A DNA stretch of 64,000 nucleotides. It comes from Glycera tridactyla. Taxonomy: Eukaryota. Below the pieces are notes generated by a model. It was not told the origin of the DNA and did no database searches. It saw only the letters and a program-made list of their open reading frames with translations. The stretch lies in the NCBI GenBank assembly GCA_965644265.1, contig OZ286461.1, positions 84,382,001 through 84,446,000 of the forward strand, read 5' to 3'. Of the stretch, positions 24,590 through 37,149 are shown piece after piece (position 1 is the stretch's first letter; each line of letters opens with the position of its first letter). The translations under genes were made by a program, and so were the position numbers.

Positions 24590-24935
24590 CCTTTCTCATC
24601 TCCCAGGGGAGTATACAATCACAGAATTAAATGCATGGGCTAAGCACTCTTACAATCACCTTCACTGCCTATATGCCAAGTACCCATTCACACCTGGGTG
24701 AAATGAAGTGGTGGGGTACAGAGGTTCCACTCAATCACCTCCACACAGAAGTGCCTCCTTGGTGTGTGGCATAGATAATACAGATCTGTGTAATGGTGCA
24801 GGTCAGGTATGGAATGGTGAACCTTGTCCATGTTGGTCTCCCATCCAAGGAGGAGCCCTGCTGACTGTTGTAAACAGCGCTGCTCAGTTGAGAACCGGAG
24901 TGTCCGCCCCTAACTCGCCAACACGATGTAGACAA
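24590..24935 (-). mobile_element. 5S-rRNA-derived SINE, second copy
   Basis: The minus strand starts GTCTAC and has ACACTCCGGTTCTC and CTTGGATGGGAGACC. The body with CACCCAGGTGTGAATGGGTAC is shared with 18640-18990. Confidence 0.7.
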
Positions 24936-24975
24936 TGGGCATTGTTTTTACATTATCATGCTTTTTATGCTGTGA

Positions 24976-25014
24976 TTGACCATGGGTCTTGTTTCCATCT
25001 GTTTTCAGGTGAGT
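24976..25014 (+). other. Candidate recursive splice site (3' splice site directly followed by a 5' splice site)
   Basis: TTGAC branch-like motif, pyrimidine tract TCTTGTTTCCATCTGTTTT, then CAG|GTGAGT. Confidence 0.35.
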
Positions 25015-25110
25015 TCATGCTTTTTGAAAGTCAGGCAATTGGTCAGTGAGTTTGGTTGATTGGTTGGTCGGATTGGATTGGTAGGTGATGTGTTTTGTGA
25101 TTGTGCTGTA

Positions 25111-25270
25111 CAGTGAAACCTGTGACGAGAGACCACCCTAAATTTTACCAAAGAGCGGTCTCTCAAAAGAGGTGGTCTCTTAAAAAGACTATGTCAAATA
25201 GAAAAGTTGCCCTGGAAAAGCAGTCGGAGGTGGTCTCTCGTCAGGCGGTCTCTCATCGCAGGTTTCACTG
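25111..25270. mobile_element. MITE M1
   Basis: TA|CAGTGAAACCTG ... CAGGTTTCACTG|TA. Confidence 0.82.
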
Positions 25271-25689
25271 TATTGCAACATGGCATATATTCATCATTTA
25301 TCGACAGGATATCAAATTTGTGTCACAATATCCAGTCACAAAAATTGGATGGGAAAGATTTCTCTTATCGTGTGGCGATTTTACCTGCTATAAATTCACT
25401 TTCATCTTTACAAGCGAGGCAAATTACTGATTTCACATTTAGATGGGAATACTAGAAAACAGTGATGGGATAATATCACTGACAACGTCAAATACTTCCT
25501 GGGTGAGATCAGAATGTTCAAAATTGAATGATACAACATAAGAAATTGGTCTTATGTGTACAAGTTTAAGGAGCCAGTCAAAAGAGACTGGGCAGTCTTT
25601 ATACTCCAGCCCAAAAGAAGTTTGGAAGGGGGGTATATTGGAGTCACATCCCATAGTTATTTGAGGAAAAAGAAGACTTTTTGTATCTG

Positions 25690-25830
25690 TGTGTTTGGTT
25701 GTATCTGTTTGTCTGGAATTCTATGAGACAGCCAGAATTGGCCAGACTGTCTGTATGGTGTAGGGCCTCTCACACTTGACTCTACTTTAAATGTTATGTA
25801 AGATTCTACGGTGATAGACAATGCTTCTGT
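25690..25830 (+). repeat. Short dispersed repeat, second copy at 63645-63785
   Basis: TTTGGTTGTATCTGT..GAGACAGCCAGAA..GGCCTCTCACACT..TGTTATGTAAGATTC in both copies. Confidence 0.65.
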
Positions 25831-26389
25831 CATTGATTTTGTCTACTCCTTTGCTCTCTCCACAAACACATGTACACACCCCCTCTGCACACGCATACAT
25901 ACACACGCACACACATAGTTGAACCTGCCAGAGAGACCACCTCTCGAGATTCCTAGTAGGGATGTCAAAACGTCATACAATTGTTTCAGCAATCATTCCA
26001 AAGTAAGATATTATATATTCATCAATGCTTTAGTTCTTCTTGACATAGTCAACTGCATCTCCACTAGAACAACAGCCGAGTTGAGTTATGAGAGATCAGC
26101 ATTTACCCAAACCACCTTAGACTGAATTAAGCTTAAGCCCTAAGAATAGGACGAGTACTGGGTGAACAGGTTGAGCGTCATCCGGAATGAGAATGGGCCA
26201 GAGATAAGGCTGTCAGTGCTACTAAACATAAATGCGCCAACTGATAAAACTTTGCCAATCAAGTCAAGATTGCTCCTATGACAAGGAGTGCATCTTAATC
26301 AAGCTGTTAAATTTTATTGTTGCCCCTCTGTGGTCTTCCTAACAATTTTGCTGGGAGGATGGGAGAAAGTGGAATTGTGGATGTGGGAA

Positions 26390-26505
26390 TTGTATGTGAA
26401 GCCACAACATTTGAGATAATTGATACCAAATGTATGTGAAGCCGCGATATCGAGATAATTGATACCAATTGTATGTGAAGCCGCAATATGTGAGATGATT
26501 GGTAC
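26390..26505. repeat. About 40-bp minisatellite, 3 copies
   Basis: TGTATGTGAAGCCGC.ATAT.GAGATAATTGATACCA units. Confidence 0.75.
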
Positions 26506-26560
26506 CACTTCAGTTGATGAAATTGACAGTCAGTGAGACTTGTGATTAAACAATGCTATT

Positions 26561-26727
26561 CAGTGAAACCCACCACGAGAGACCTCCCTAAATGTCACCA
26601 AAAGGTGGTCTTTCGTCGCGGATGTATTTGACTATGTCAAATAGGAAAGCTGCCCTGCAAAAGCAGTCTCCCACAGAAGGTAATCTCTTGGGGGGGGGGG
26701 GGGGGGCTCTTGTTGCAGGTTTCACTG
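26561..26727. mobile_element. MITE M1
   Basis: CAGTGAAACC ... GGTTTCACTG|TA. Confidence 0.75.
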
Positions 26728-27006
26728 TATATGTTACAAAAAAGTGGACTTTCAAAGAGTTGGTTTCTCATTGAATGTTTATTTGATTATGTCAACAACA
26801 AAAAACAATCTGGAAAAGCAATATTCCATAAAAGATGGTTCCCCATCAGGGATCTATCTAAAGCAGGTGGACTCTCATAAGAGGTTTATTCGGTAATTGA
26901 GTGGAGAAGAGGGCCTAAAGAAATCACTTCTCAAAACATATAGTCTCTGATTAGGATATCTCATACGATACATTCAGATGTATTCAGTGGATCCTGTATT
27001 GGGAGG

Positions 27007-29702
27007 TGCCTTGATGAGAAGTGACCTGCTTTTCAGGGCTGCATTTTAGATGCTTTTAGTTCATTAGCATTGAGATTTGGCTGTGATTAACAGACCCTCT
27101 AGTGAGTAAGACTGCATTGCAGTGTCAAATAGGGTGATCTCAGAAGAATTCAACATTCTTCACCATTCCTATTTGTACACTGTAGTAAGCAATCCCATTA
27201 TCCATCACATAGACCACCCTCCTGGTAAAACCATGCACTGTTGTCATCCATGTTTGTCTCGCATCACAGAATCCAGTGATTTCAAATTCCAAGTGGCACT
27301 GTGTGGCATCCATAACCTCATAAATGTTAGATGGTAGAGTGACACCAATCATATGAATGACTGCTGGTAAATACTAATTTATGGTAATCACTCAAAGTAC
27401 TGATTTTCACTATGATTCAAACCCCAACAAACTGATCTCAAACATGTATCCGTGGGAGAATTCTCTACATGCACATGACGGTTGTAAAGGTTGCCATCAA
27501 CAGTCCTGCTTCAAACCTAGATTTGAACTTGATGATTGTCCTGCGTGTGTGTACTTGGCCGGTGATACCAGCTACAACGCACAGCTGAGGACAGCTAGCC
27601 AGACAGAGTACCTGGTATTGCCAACCAATACAAGCACAAGGGGTTAATTATTGTTCTACCATGCTCATAGCGCTCTACAGTGAATCTATCCTCCTCCTGA
27701 AGCATCAAACAGCTTGCATGGGCCAGTTTTCTATATTTTTTAGTGATTTGATGAATGTGGTTACATACTTGGTCTCAGAATTGAACATGATTATCACAGC
27801 TACTCCAGCCATTGTTCACCCTCCCTGTCGGAGCTTACTTTTACACCCCTCGCTGCTCCTTATTACACAAATGTGTAGGAGGGGGTGAGCCTGCTCACTG
27901 GCATGGAGAAGCAGTACATTGATAAGGCATGATGTGGCAGAACAGTGGTTCTCTCCTTTGTGGTTGGCAACACTGACTTCCAACAGGATGAAATGATGAG
28001 GTGGGTGATATTGGTGATGATGGTAATATTCATGGAGTACAGTGTGCTCTGGTCCAGATAACCACATGATGATGTGGGTGATATTGGTGATGATGGTGAT
28101 ATTCATGAAGTAGAGAGTGTTCTGGTCCAGATAACCACATCAAAGATAAGATGTGCACAGCAGGAGTTGTACCTAAAAGATATGCATCTCTCCTGGCTGC
28201 TTGACACCTGCAAAGAGAATGTCGATGGCTCGGTGCAAAACTAGGCTAACTCCTTATATATTCATAGGAAGTTAGCCTAGTTTTGCACTGAGCCATCAAT
28301 GTGATGTATCTTTAACAAACATCCAACAGAAGAACATTGAGGTAGTTGCACATTGCCTTGATGAGAAGTGACCTGCTTTTCAGGGCTGCATTTTAGATGC
28401 TTTTAGTTCATTAGCATTGAGATTTGGCTGTGATTAACAGACCCTCTAGTGAGTAAGACTGCATTGCAGTGTCAAATAGGGTGATCTCAGAAGAATTCAA
28501 CATTCTTCACCATTCCTATTTGTACACTGTAGTAAGCAATCCCATTATCCATCACATAGACCACCCTCCTGGTAAAACCATGCACTGTTGTCATCCATGT
28601 TTGTCTCGCATCACAGAATCCAGTGATTTCAAATTCCAAGTGGCACTGTGTGGCATCCATAACCTCATAAATGTTAGATGGTAGAGTGACACCAATCATA
28701 TGAATGACTGCTGGTAAATACTAATTTATGGTAATCACTCAAAGTACTGATTTTCACTATGATTCAAACCCCAACAAACTGATCTCAAACATGTATCCGT
28801 GGGAGAATTCTCTACATGCACATGACGGTTGTAAAGGTTGCCATCAACAGTCCTGCTTCAAACCTAGATTTGAACTTGATGATTGTCCTGCGTGTGTGTA
28901 CTTGGCCGGTGATACCAGCTACAACGCACAGCTGAGGACAGCTAGCCAGACAGAGTACCTGGTATTGCCAACCAATACAAGCACAAGGGGTTAATTATTG
29001 TTCTACCATGCTCATAGCGCTCTACAGTGAATCTATCCTCCTCCTGAAGCATCAAACAGCTTGCATGGGCCAGTTTTCTATATTTTTTAGTGATTTGATG
29101 AATGTGGTTACATACTTGGTCTCAGAATTGAACATGATTATCACAGCTACTCCAGCCATTGTTCACCCTCCCTGTCGGAGCTTACTTTTACACCCCTCGC
29201 TGCTCCTTATTACACAAATGTGTAGGAGGGGGTGAGCCTGCTCACTGGCATGGAGAAGCAGTACATTGATAAGGCATGATGTGGCAGAACAGTGGTTCTC
29301 TCCTTTGTGGTTGGCAACACTGACTTCCAACAGGATGAAATGATGAGGTGGGTGATATTGGTGATGATGGTAATATTCATGGAGTACAGTGTGCTCTGGT
29401 CCAGATAACCACATGATGATGTGGGTGATATTGGTGATGATGGTGATATTCATGAAGTAGAGAGTGTTCTGGTCCAGATAACCACATCAAAGATAAGATG
29501 TGCACAGCAGGAGTTGTACCTAAAAGATATGCATCTCTCCTGGCTGCTTGACACCTGCAAAGAGAATGTCGATGGCTCGGTGCAAAACTAGGCTAACTCC
29601 TTATATATTCATAGGAAGTTAGCCTAGTTTTGCACTGAGCCATCAATGTGATGTATCTTTAACAAACATCCAACAGAAGAACATTGAGGTAGTTGCACAT
29701 TG
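27007..29702. repeat. Direct tandem duplication, 2 x 1347 bp
   Basis: 27007-28353 repeats as 28354-29700. The ORF-track translations are identical at a 1347 offset. TG microhomology at the junction. Confidence 0.96.
28224..28297. repeat. About 75-nt near-perfect hairpin (tiny MITE-like), duplicated at 29571-29644
   Basis: GATGGCTCGGTGCAAAACTAGGCTAACT.. pairs with ..AGTTAGCCTAGTTTTGCACTGAGCCATC across an AT-rich loop. Confidence 0.85.
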
Positions 29703-30241
29703 GAAAGTTGTGACAACATGGAAGATTGTTTACCGAAATTCATGATTATGAAGGATAACAGCATTTAGTTTCACTAATTTCCACTAGGGTATTTCACTTT
29801 ATTGACACATGGTGGCACTGGCAGTGAGCTATTTTCATTAAAATAGAATTCTGTGCGAATGTGAACTTTTCTGCAATCACTATGATATATCTAATGTGTT
29901 CACAAGTCATTCTGATTATCATATGCATCTAATGAAGTACAAAAATTTCATTGTACACCTTATATTCATAAAGTACAGCTGGGCAGAATCAGCTATCTCA
30001 TTCTTTGACTTTGTCTATGGGTAATCAATTTTCAGCAACATGGCTCGAAAAGAAACAATCATCAACCAGTATGAAGGACTATGCACAAACATAGCATGGA
30101 TTTTGATCGAATTATTGTATCAGGCATGTGAAGAGGAACACTCATCACTCTGTGTATCTCTCTATTCTTCTCTCACACTCACACATATACAAACACATGC
30201 ATGGACCAATTCACATGCAAATACACAGACACACACAGACA

Positions 30242-31086
30242 NNNNNNNNNNNNNNNNNNNNNNNNNNNNNNNNNNNNNNNNNNNNNNNNNNNNNNNNNNN
30301 NNNNNNNNNNNNNNNNNNNNNNNNNNNNNNNNNNNNNNNNNNNNNNNNNNNNNNNNNNNNNNNNNNNNNNNNNNNNNNNNNNNNNNNNNNNNNNNNNNNN
30401 NNNNNNNNNNNNNNNNNNNNNNNNNNNNNNNNNNNNNNNNNNNNNNNNNNNNNNNNNNNNNNNNNNNNNNNNNNNNNNNNNNNNNNNNNNNNNNNNNNNN
30501 NNNNNNNNNNNNNNNNNNNNNNNNNNNNNNNNNNNNNNNNNNNNNNNNNNNNNNNNNNNNNNNNNNNNNNNNNNNNNNNNNNNNNNNNNNNNNNNNNNNN
30601 NNNNNNNNNNNNNNNNNNNNNNNNNNNNNNNNNNNNNNNNNNNNNNNNNNNNNNNNNNNNNNNNNNNNNNNNNNNNNATACACACACACTCACATGGATA
30701 CATGAACACATACAGATACACACGCTCATACACATACACTGCTCAACTTAACTCAACTCATACACACTTCCTCTCACACTAATACACGTGCATNNNNNNN
30801 NNNNNNNNNNNNNNNNNNNNNNNNNNNNNNNNNNNNNNNNNNNNNNNNNNNNNNNNNNNNNNNNNNNNNNNNNNNNNNNNNNNNNNNNNNNNNNNNNNNN
30901 NNNNNNNNNNNNNNNNNNNNNNNNNNNNNNNNNNNNNNNNNNNNNNNNNNNNNNNNNNNNNNNNNNNNNNNNNNNNNNNNNNNNNNNNNNNNNNNNNNNN
31001 NNNNNNNNNNNNNNNNNNNNNNNNNNNNNNNNNNNNNNNNNNNNNNNNNNNNNNNNNNNNNNNNNNNNNNNNNNNNNNNNNNNNNN
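30242..31086. other. N gaps (30242-30677 and 30794-31086); others near 3619-3801, 4705-4896, 10195-10448, 40145-40302 and 52126-52333
   Basis: Runs of N, mostly abutting CA/GT/TC simple repeats, so probably unresolved or masked microsatellites. Confidence 0.95.
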
Positions 31087-32780
31087 GTGAATATATCTAC
31101 ACCAGCATGATTGTATACATACCTATTCTCTACTCACACAGAAGCAACATCTTCCTTGGCACAATTAGCCGCAGCTACAACCTAATTCTGTCTCCAGCCA
31201 ATCTTCATTTCATTTATGTGAAATTAGCTTTCAGGGGATGATTAGAATACTGACTAGATCACAAATACTTTCATCATCACTTGATTTACATTGCCAAAAT
31301 CATGATTCAATCATGGCAGGTTCCTTTTTTCGCCCTAGGATTGCAAATTTGCATCAGATTGAAATGAGACTGACTGACAGATATTCTTGACATTATTGAT
31401 GACTCGAAATGGGATCATGGCGAAGTTCTCTAGTAGATTTCACCTTAGAATGCTAAATATGTCGCTTTCACACTGGAATCATGGCTAGTCCTCTTCAAAA
31501 GTATGTAGACTCCCTGAAACTCGGTTTGATAATCACCAGAAGACCTAGACAATATATTTATGCCATTGAAACTCAGATTAGACGCAAAATGAAAAATTTA
31601 TGGTGTGATACGTACCCGCCATATTTGGATTTGTCAGAGTTTATCAACTAAACTGTAGCTAAAAACTATTGCTAGCTCATAGATGTCTAGATAAAACTGT
31701 GGTCATTCATAACTTCTCGGAAGATGCATGTCATCAAATTTCAACCAACTGATATATGTATTTCTGCGTTAGGAGATCTACTTACATAAAAGCAGTGGTG
31801 TCACAGGTTCGATTTGTGTGGCATCACAAAAGTCAGAAAAGATGCCTTGAGAAAAATAGATGAAACTCCTTAACTGGTCAACACACTAAACAGGAAATTG
31901 AAGGTTATATATCATTCTATCTAGTTCTGAAATATAATAAAGATTAATCAAGAATCAATGGAGAAATCACATAATGTTTTTGGTGAATTTTACCAGTTGA
32001 TCGCACAACCCTATTGTTCTAGGTGACGTCCTGACGGTAGACACATCGCACATATTGCCGTTCTTGGCGGCACTCAAACTTTGAAGGCTTTCAAATGTCA
32101 AATTCAATTTCTCAAATACAAAATCAGATTATAAATACAGAATATCCCTAAACGAGTGAAAGTGGTGAAAGTGTACACATCTCGTAGCATACCCGGACCT
32201 CGGGACATTCTATATAGATTTTGTCATATCAAGAGAGGTAGAGTCATGCCTATATTGACCATTAATTTTCCTTTCTACCTTCGAAACTTTTCATATTGAC
32301 AGTTTGGGTGTGGAATGCTTACAGTGCCAGAGCATCTACATAGATCAGTAACGCACAGCATATACATCAATTCTTTGGCTGAATATGTGCCATTGAACTC
32401 CAACCAATGAAACAGTCATGAGAAAAGAGGCTTGTTAAAAGAACTCTTCTCACAGGTTCTTCGGTACTGCATATAATAAGAAAGGGTTCAGAAAAAGTGT
32501 TCTGCTATCAGAGGTATATTTCACTATTGTCAGCAAAGGAATTACCCTCAATTCCAAAAGCAAAAGAGGTGATCATCTCACACTAACCATATATTTGACC
32601 ATGTCAAATATGGAAGATGTTCTGGGGAAGTAATTGTTCTTTGCTCAAAATGAAGCATTGCCATCATGATTGAGTGCCAGCTTCCAACCAATTACATAGT
32701 TGGATATGCAATATCAAGGTTCACCGTGTTGATGTCAGATAGTTAAAGGTGTGTCTTAACTGTCTGCTACTACCACTTGC

Positions 32781-32947
32781 CATTGCAGATGTCCCCACAA
32801 TCAGCACACTAAAGAACAGACTAGACAAATATTTCTCACACATTATGCAGTCACCATCCATAAGTGTGCCATGCTAGATATAACAACAGTCTGAACAATT
32901 GAGTGGCTATGGTAATTGCCTGATTATGATACGATATGATATGATTT
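32781..32947 (+). mobile_element. Short CR1-like LINE 3' end nested inside an R1 repeat copy
   Basis: Translates PTISTLKNRLDKYF (compare the CR1 ORF2 C-terminal FKNRLDK motif) and ends in a (GATAT)n tail. R1 sequence lies on both sides. Confidence 0.55.
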
Positions 32948-33539
32948 TCGATTCCCCATCACCTTGTGTTCAGGGTATGTGAGAGTGATGTTAGCAGGGG
33001 AGAAAGCATCTCTCATTGACCAGGAACGCATGGCATATGTAATCCTTTGGTTGAAACATGCCGTTGAACAATCAACCTAGGAAGGTAAGAAGTAGGTCAC
33101 ACATTGGGGGCCATTGTGTGGTAGGTTTCACAGTATGACAGTGAGATACAAGGGTGGCAATGGCTGTGAAAAGAGCCTAATGACTGCCGTTTGATGGGAG
33201 CAGGGCCAGGAGCCTCAGTATTGTATGGTGCATAGTAGCGAGCGTGAATGTTGTGTGCTATCTGTAGTAGAACAGAGGACTGTATGAGACGAGGCAATGC
33301 AAGTTTAACATGCAACAGTAAATCAATATCTGAACCTTGCCACCGGAGGCCAAGCATTCCCTTTCATCTACTAACCGCCACCCTTCAATGTAGGAATTGT
33401 TCCATGATTGCCCTTAATCCAGCAATTTTCTGAGTTTAGTGTGTGACTAATGGCACATATGGATAATCGTAGACTGGTTTGAATTTGAGGTATTGTTCCC
33501 CTGCGATTGGTTGGCTTGGATTGCTGTGCAATTTTGATA

Positions 33540-33780
33540 ACCATCATCAGAAGCGATCCCATGCTGAATAGGGACAGGGGCCTGCATACCCTCCCAACGG
33601 TCTACAGGGAGATCCTTTTGTCATGTGATCCTCCACCAACTACGGGGTCATGTGACAGTGCAGCGACTCTCCCGCTTGCAGCTGAGGAAAAGATATGGTT
33701 GTTCTGAAAGCTTTTCACCTCCAAACCCGCTGTGAGTACCGTGAGTTAGATTTCCACATCACGGCTTATAAAGCTACCTC
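33540..33780 (+). mobile_element. Penelope-like element 3' relic
   Basis: Translates IRSDPMLNRDRGLHTLPTVYREILLSCD, followed by a hammerhead core and CTGTGAGTACCGTGAG. Confidence 0.7.
33672..33720 (+). ncRNA. Minimal hammerhead ribozyme motif (degenerate)
   Basis: CTGAGGA (33682-33688), 17 nt, GAAA (33706-33709), then GCTT. Stem II is partly decayed. Confidence 0.45.
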
Positions 33781-34004
33781 CAGAAATTCAAATGACCGAA
33801 TAACACCTGTCTAACTCTGCACTAGCAGTTCATGGTCCTGCTAGCATTGTCATTGTGCTGGATGAGTGTGGTATCATGTTTCTTAGTTATGATTGACCTT
33901 CATTTTTGGTTGTATCAGTGTAACCATCTTGGAGTAGGACAGGGGTCAAGGTTCTTTCAATCTTGGCTAGACTGCCAGATCTCCCTCCTTCAAGGGTCCG
34001 AGAA

Positions 34005-34150
34005 ATTGTTTGAAACAATCTTTGTATGTACTGTAAATAGCCTACTTGTGTATGCCGGAAAAATCATATCTTCACTAATTGCATATTCATACCTCGTATT
34101 TTTGTATTACATTGTATTACGAATTGAAATAAAGTTTATTTCATTTCATA
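34005..34150 (+). mobile_element. Probable LINE 3' UTR and tail
   Basis: AT-rich UTR-like sequence, AATAAAG and a (TTTCA)n tail. Confidence 0.35.
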
Positions 34151-36335
34151 TCACTAGGAGTCATCAGCCAGGCTGCATTCACATGTGCATAGTTGCATGT
34201 GACGGACTGATATATTGTATTAGACCAGTACATGAAACTCAGCTCCAAGACTCAAACAGCCAAACACATCATTCGCTAATATGGATTGATTGACATTTTG
34301 TGAAAGGCATCATTATCTTTTTATCAGATTAGCGGCCTAATTAGTCAACATATGGCCTCGCTTTTAATCAGATTATCGGCATCTAATGTTCATCGATCGC
34401 CAGCATGATGTTTGGACTGCCTCCATTTAATGCGATAAAACACGCACTCGAGTAAACACGTTGAATGGCGAGGCAGCGTTGTATTTCATCTTCTCCTCTG
34501 GTGGTTTATGGTGGCATCTAGTATTACATCATAACGACATGACTTGGAATATATAATGGCATTACCAACATCCATTATGCATTGTAAATACATGTCTTTT
34601 TAATGTCTTGAAGATGATGATTGGATCAGTATGCCAGGAGTTTCTGGAGGAATTGGTTAAAATGAGTCAACTTTATGAAGCCTGCTTAGCTGAAAGCATG
34701 CTGATAGGTGATGAACATAAATCAACCTAATTTGAAGGATTTATTGAGACAATTCATGTCAATCGGAAAATGAAGCACTAATCATTTCCATTTCAAGTAT
34801 ATGCTTTTACTTGCTGTGATTCCTTTACCGTCTTTGAAATCTATATGAACAGGAACACAGGGAGAGTGAAAAAGACCAAAGTGTGTTGAGATATGTGATA
34901 TTCTTTGGGTCTGGATTTGCTTGTGATCAAAGATCACAGTGCGACAATGTATTAAAATAACCAATTATTTAAGCTGATCAAGAGGAGCAGCGACTTATTT
35001 CCTCCACATCAGGTGGGAATAGATTTATAAGGCATTTCTTTTGTTCAGTGTAAGTAGCGTATTATTTGTGAAATACACAAGCATTTTTGGTTGTGTATGT
35101 TGATTGCTTGATTGGTTGTGTTGGATTTGATGAAAAATCCACCTATGGATTCATGTGAGCTTTGTACAGTATAGCGACAACATTTTGCTAAAATTTTTGA
35201 CAGAAATTTATTGCATCATGAAATCGTCACCATCAATTGCCATGATCATCTTGCAACTGATTTCATGAAAGACATTCATCAAGGGCTATCCAATTTTTGT
35301 GTCAAATGCTGCACTTTGTGGAAAAAAGCACTGCTATCAGGTTTGAGTGTCAGCTCTGAGCCTGTTACATAGTTGGATATGCCATCATAGGTTTATTATG
35401 TATATGCAGGGTAGGTAGAGGCGTGTCAGCTACTTCCACTTGACAACCTTTCAGGTTCCCCATCATCATGTGTTCAGGGTTTGTGAGAGTGATGTCTGCA
35501 GGGGAGAGAACATCTAGCTTTCATTAACCAGGAACACAGTGAAAAACATAACCATAGGGCTAATACATGCCATTAAACCTCAAACAAACAAACAAAGAAA
35601 GCTATACAATTTTGGGTCCATCTTCATTGTTTGGTGGATGCATTGTATCATGTGTAATACAATCGTATCACACCAGGATGCACATGCATTATCTTGCCTT
35701 GATAGCAAACATGACCATTTAATTGCTTGCTTACAGCGTGTCCACCCATGTGTGTGGTTTTTCCATTACCTGACTGCGCAGATAGAATGGATTCTTCCAT
35801 TACTTCTATATCTTTGTTCTCATGATAATGCTTGTGGCAACATGACCATTGTCTCGAGTAAATCAAGATAATCGCAGTAATATCAGGCTTGATTATTATG
35901 AAAAAGTAGACCATTTAGTAGCAATTTGTTCCGCACAAAAAGTGAACCGGTAAACTGCCAATGTGCCACCATACAAAATATCAAGCCATTGTTTCTACCC
36001 TCTCCTCACTGAGATCTGATGAATATGCTTTTTTTTACCATGTTCTTGGATGACAATCCATTGTCATTATCCTCGTGTCTGCTTGATTTATTGGCGATAT
36101 ATCATTTATCATGCGAAACGCATGTAGTTCTCCATTCACTCAAAAATAATGTACATGAAATATGGAGTATATTTCATGTATTTTGTCACCTTAAAAGTCT
36201 GCACATTTATCGATGCATGTGTTTGTAAATGAGACAAAAGGGGCACTGTGATTGGCAACATTCTGGACACATATTTTTGGCATGCTTTACCGCATGATGA
36301 TGTTAGTGGTAGGTGTGATGGCAGTTGCGGTAGTA

Positions 36336-36510
36336 TAGTGGATCCTGCTTCAAGAGACCACCCTAAATGTCACCAAAAAGTGGTCTCTCAAAAGAGGTGG
36401 TCTCTTGTCAGAGGTATAATTGACTATATAAAATAGGGAAGCTGCTCTTAAAAAGCTGTCTCCCGTCAGATGTGGTCCCTAGTCAGGGTCTCTTGTCACA
36501 GGTTTCACTG
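36336..36510. mobile_element. MITE M1
   Basis: GAGACCACCCTAAATGTCACCAAAAAGTGGTCTCTC core and right TIR CAGGTTTCACTG|TA. Confidence 0.75.
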
Positions 36511-37149
36511 TAGTTGTGCTGGTGATAATATTGGTGATGGTGACAGCAGTTGAGGTGGTAGTGGTCAGGGAAATGTTAGCAGTGGTGGTAGTGGCAGTGG
36601 CAATGATGATGCACCAATTACACTAGTGGCAGCGGTGATGCTAGCAACAGTGGAGGCAGCTTTGTGACTAATTATGTTGGGGGTCACTACCTTAGCCTTG
36701 TCATGGCACTTGGCCCATTCTTGACTGTGGGCAGAGATTCTTGAATTGGCTCACACAATCATTCATGTACCAAAAATGGAATCACTTAAAACAATGAAAT
36801 CAGGCAAATGAAGGGGATTGAATATCATTGCAGTAATTACTCGACTGATGAAGCTGGTGACAAAACCCTACTGCCATCTTTGTCAAGATGTTGAATTGAG
36901 TTGAGTTGAGAATCTTTCATTTCAAAACACAGACATGCATCAGTATATACAGGTTGAATGTTGATGTACGCCAAAATTCATCATATCAATAATAATATTA
37001 CACCTGGAAAAAAAGCACTGTTGATTTATAGTTCAAATTACTATGAATGTTTTGGAAGTGCCAAGTATGATTGCTTAGTATCTAAGCTCCTCCTTTGTAA
37101 GACTGACTTACATCATGTAAATTGAAAAGGAAAAACATACACCTCTTTG

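Noticed and set aside
30040-31090. Long ORFs that span N runs (also at 3.6, 4.7, 10.2, 40.1 and 52.1 kb)
   Set aside because: These are artefacts of translating Ns and CA/GT repeats.
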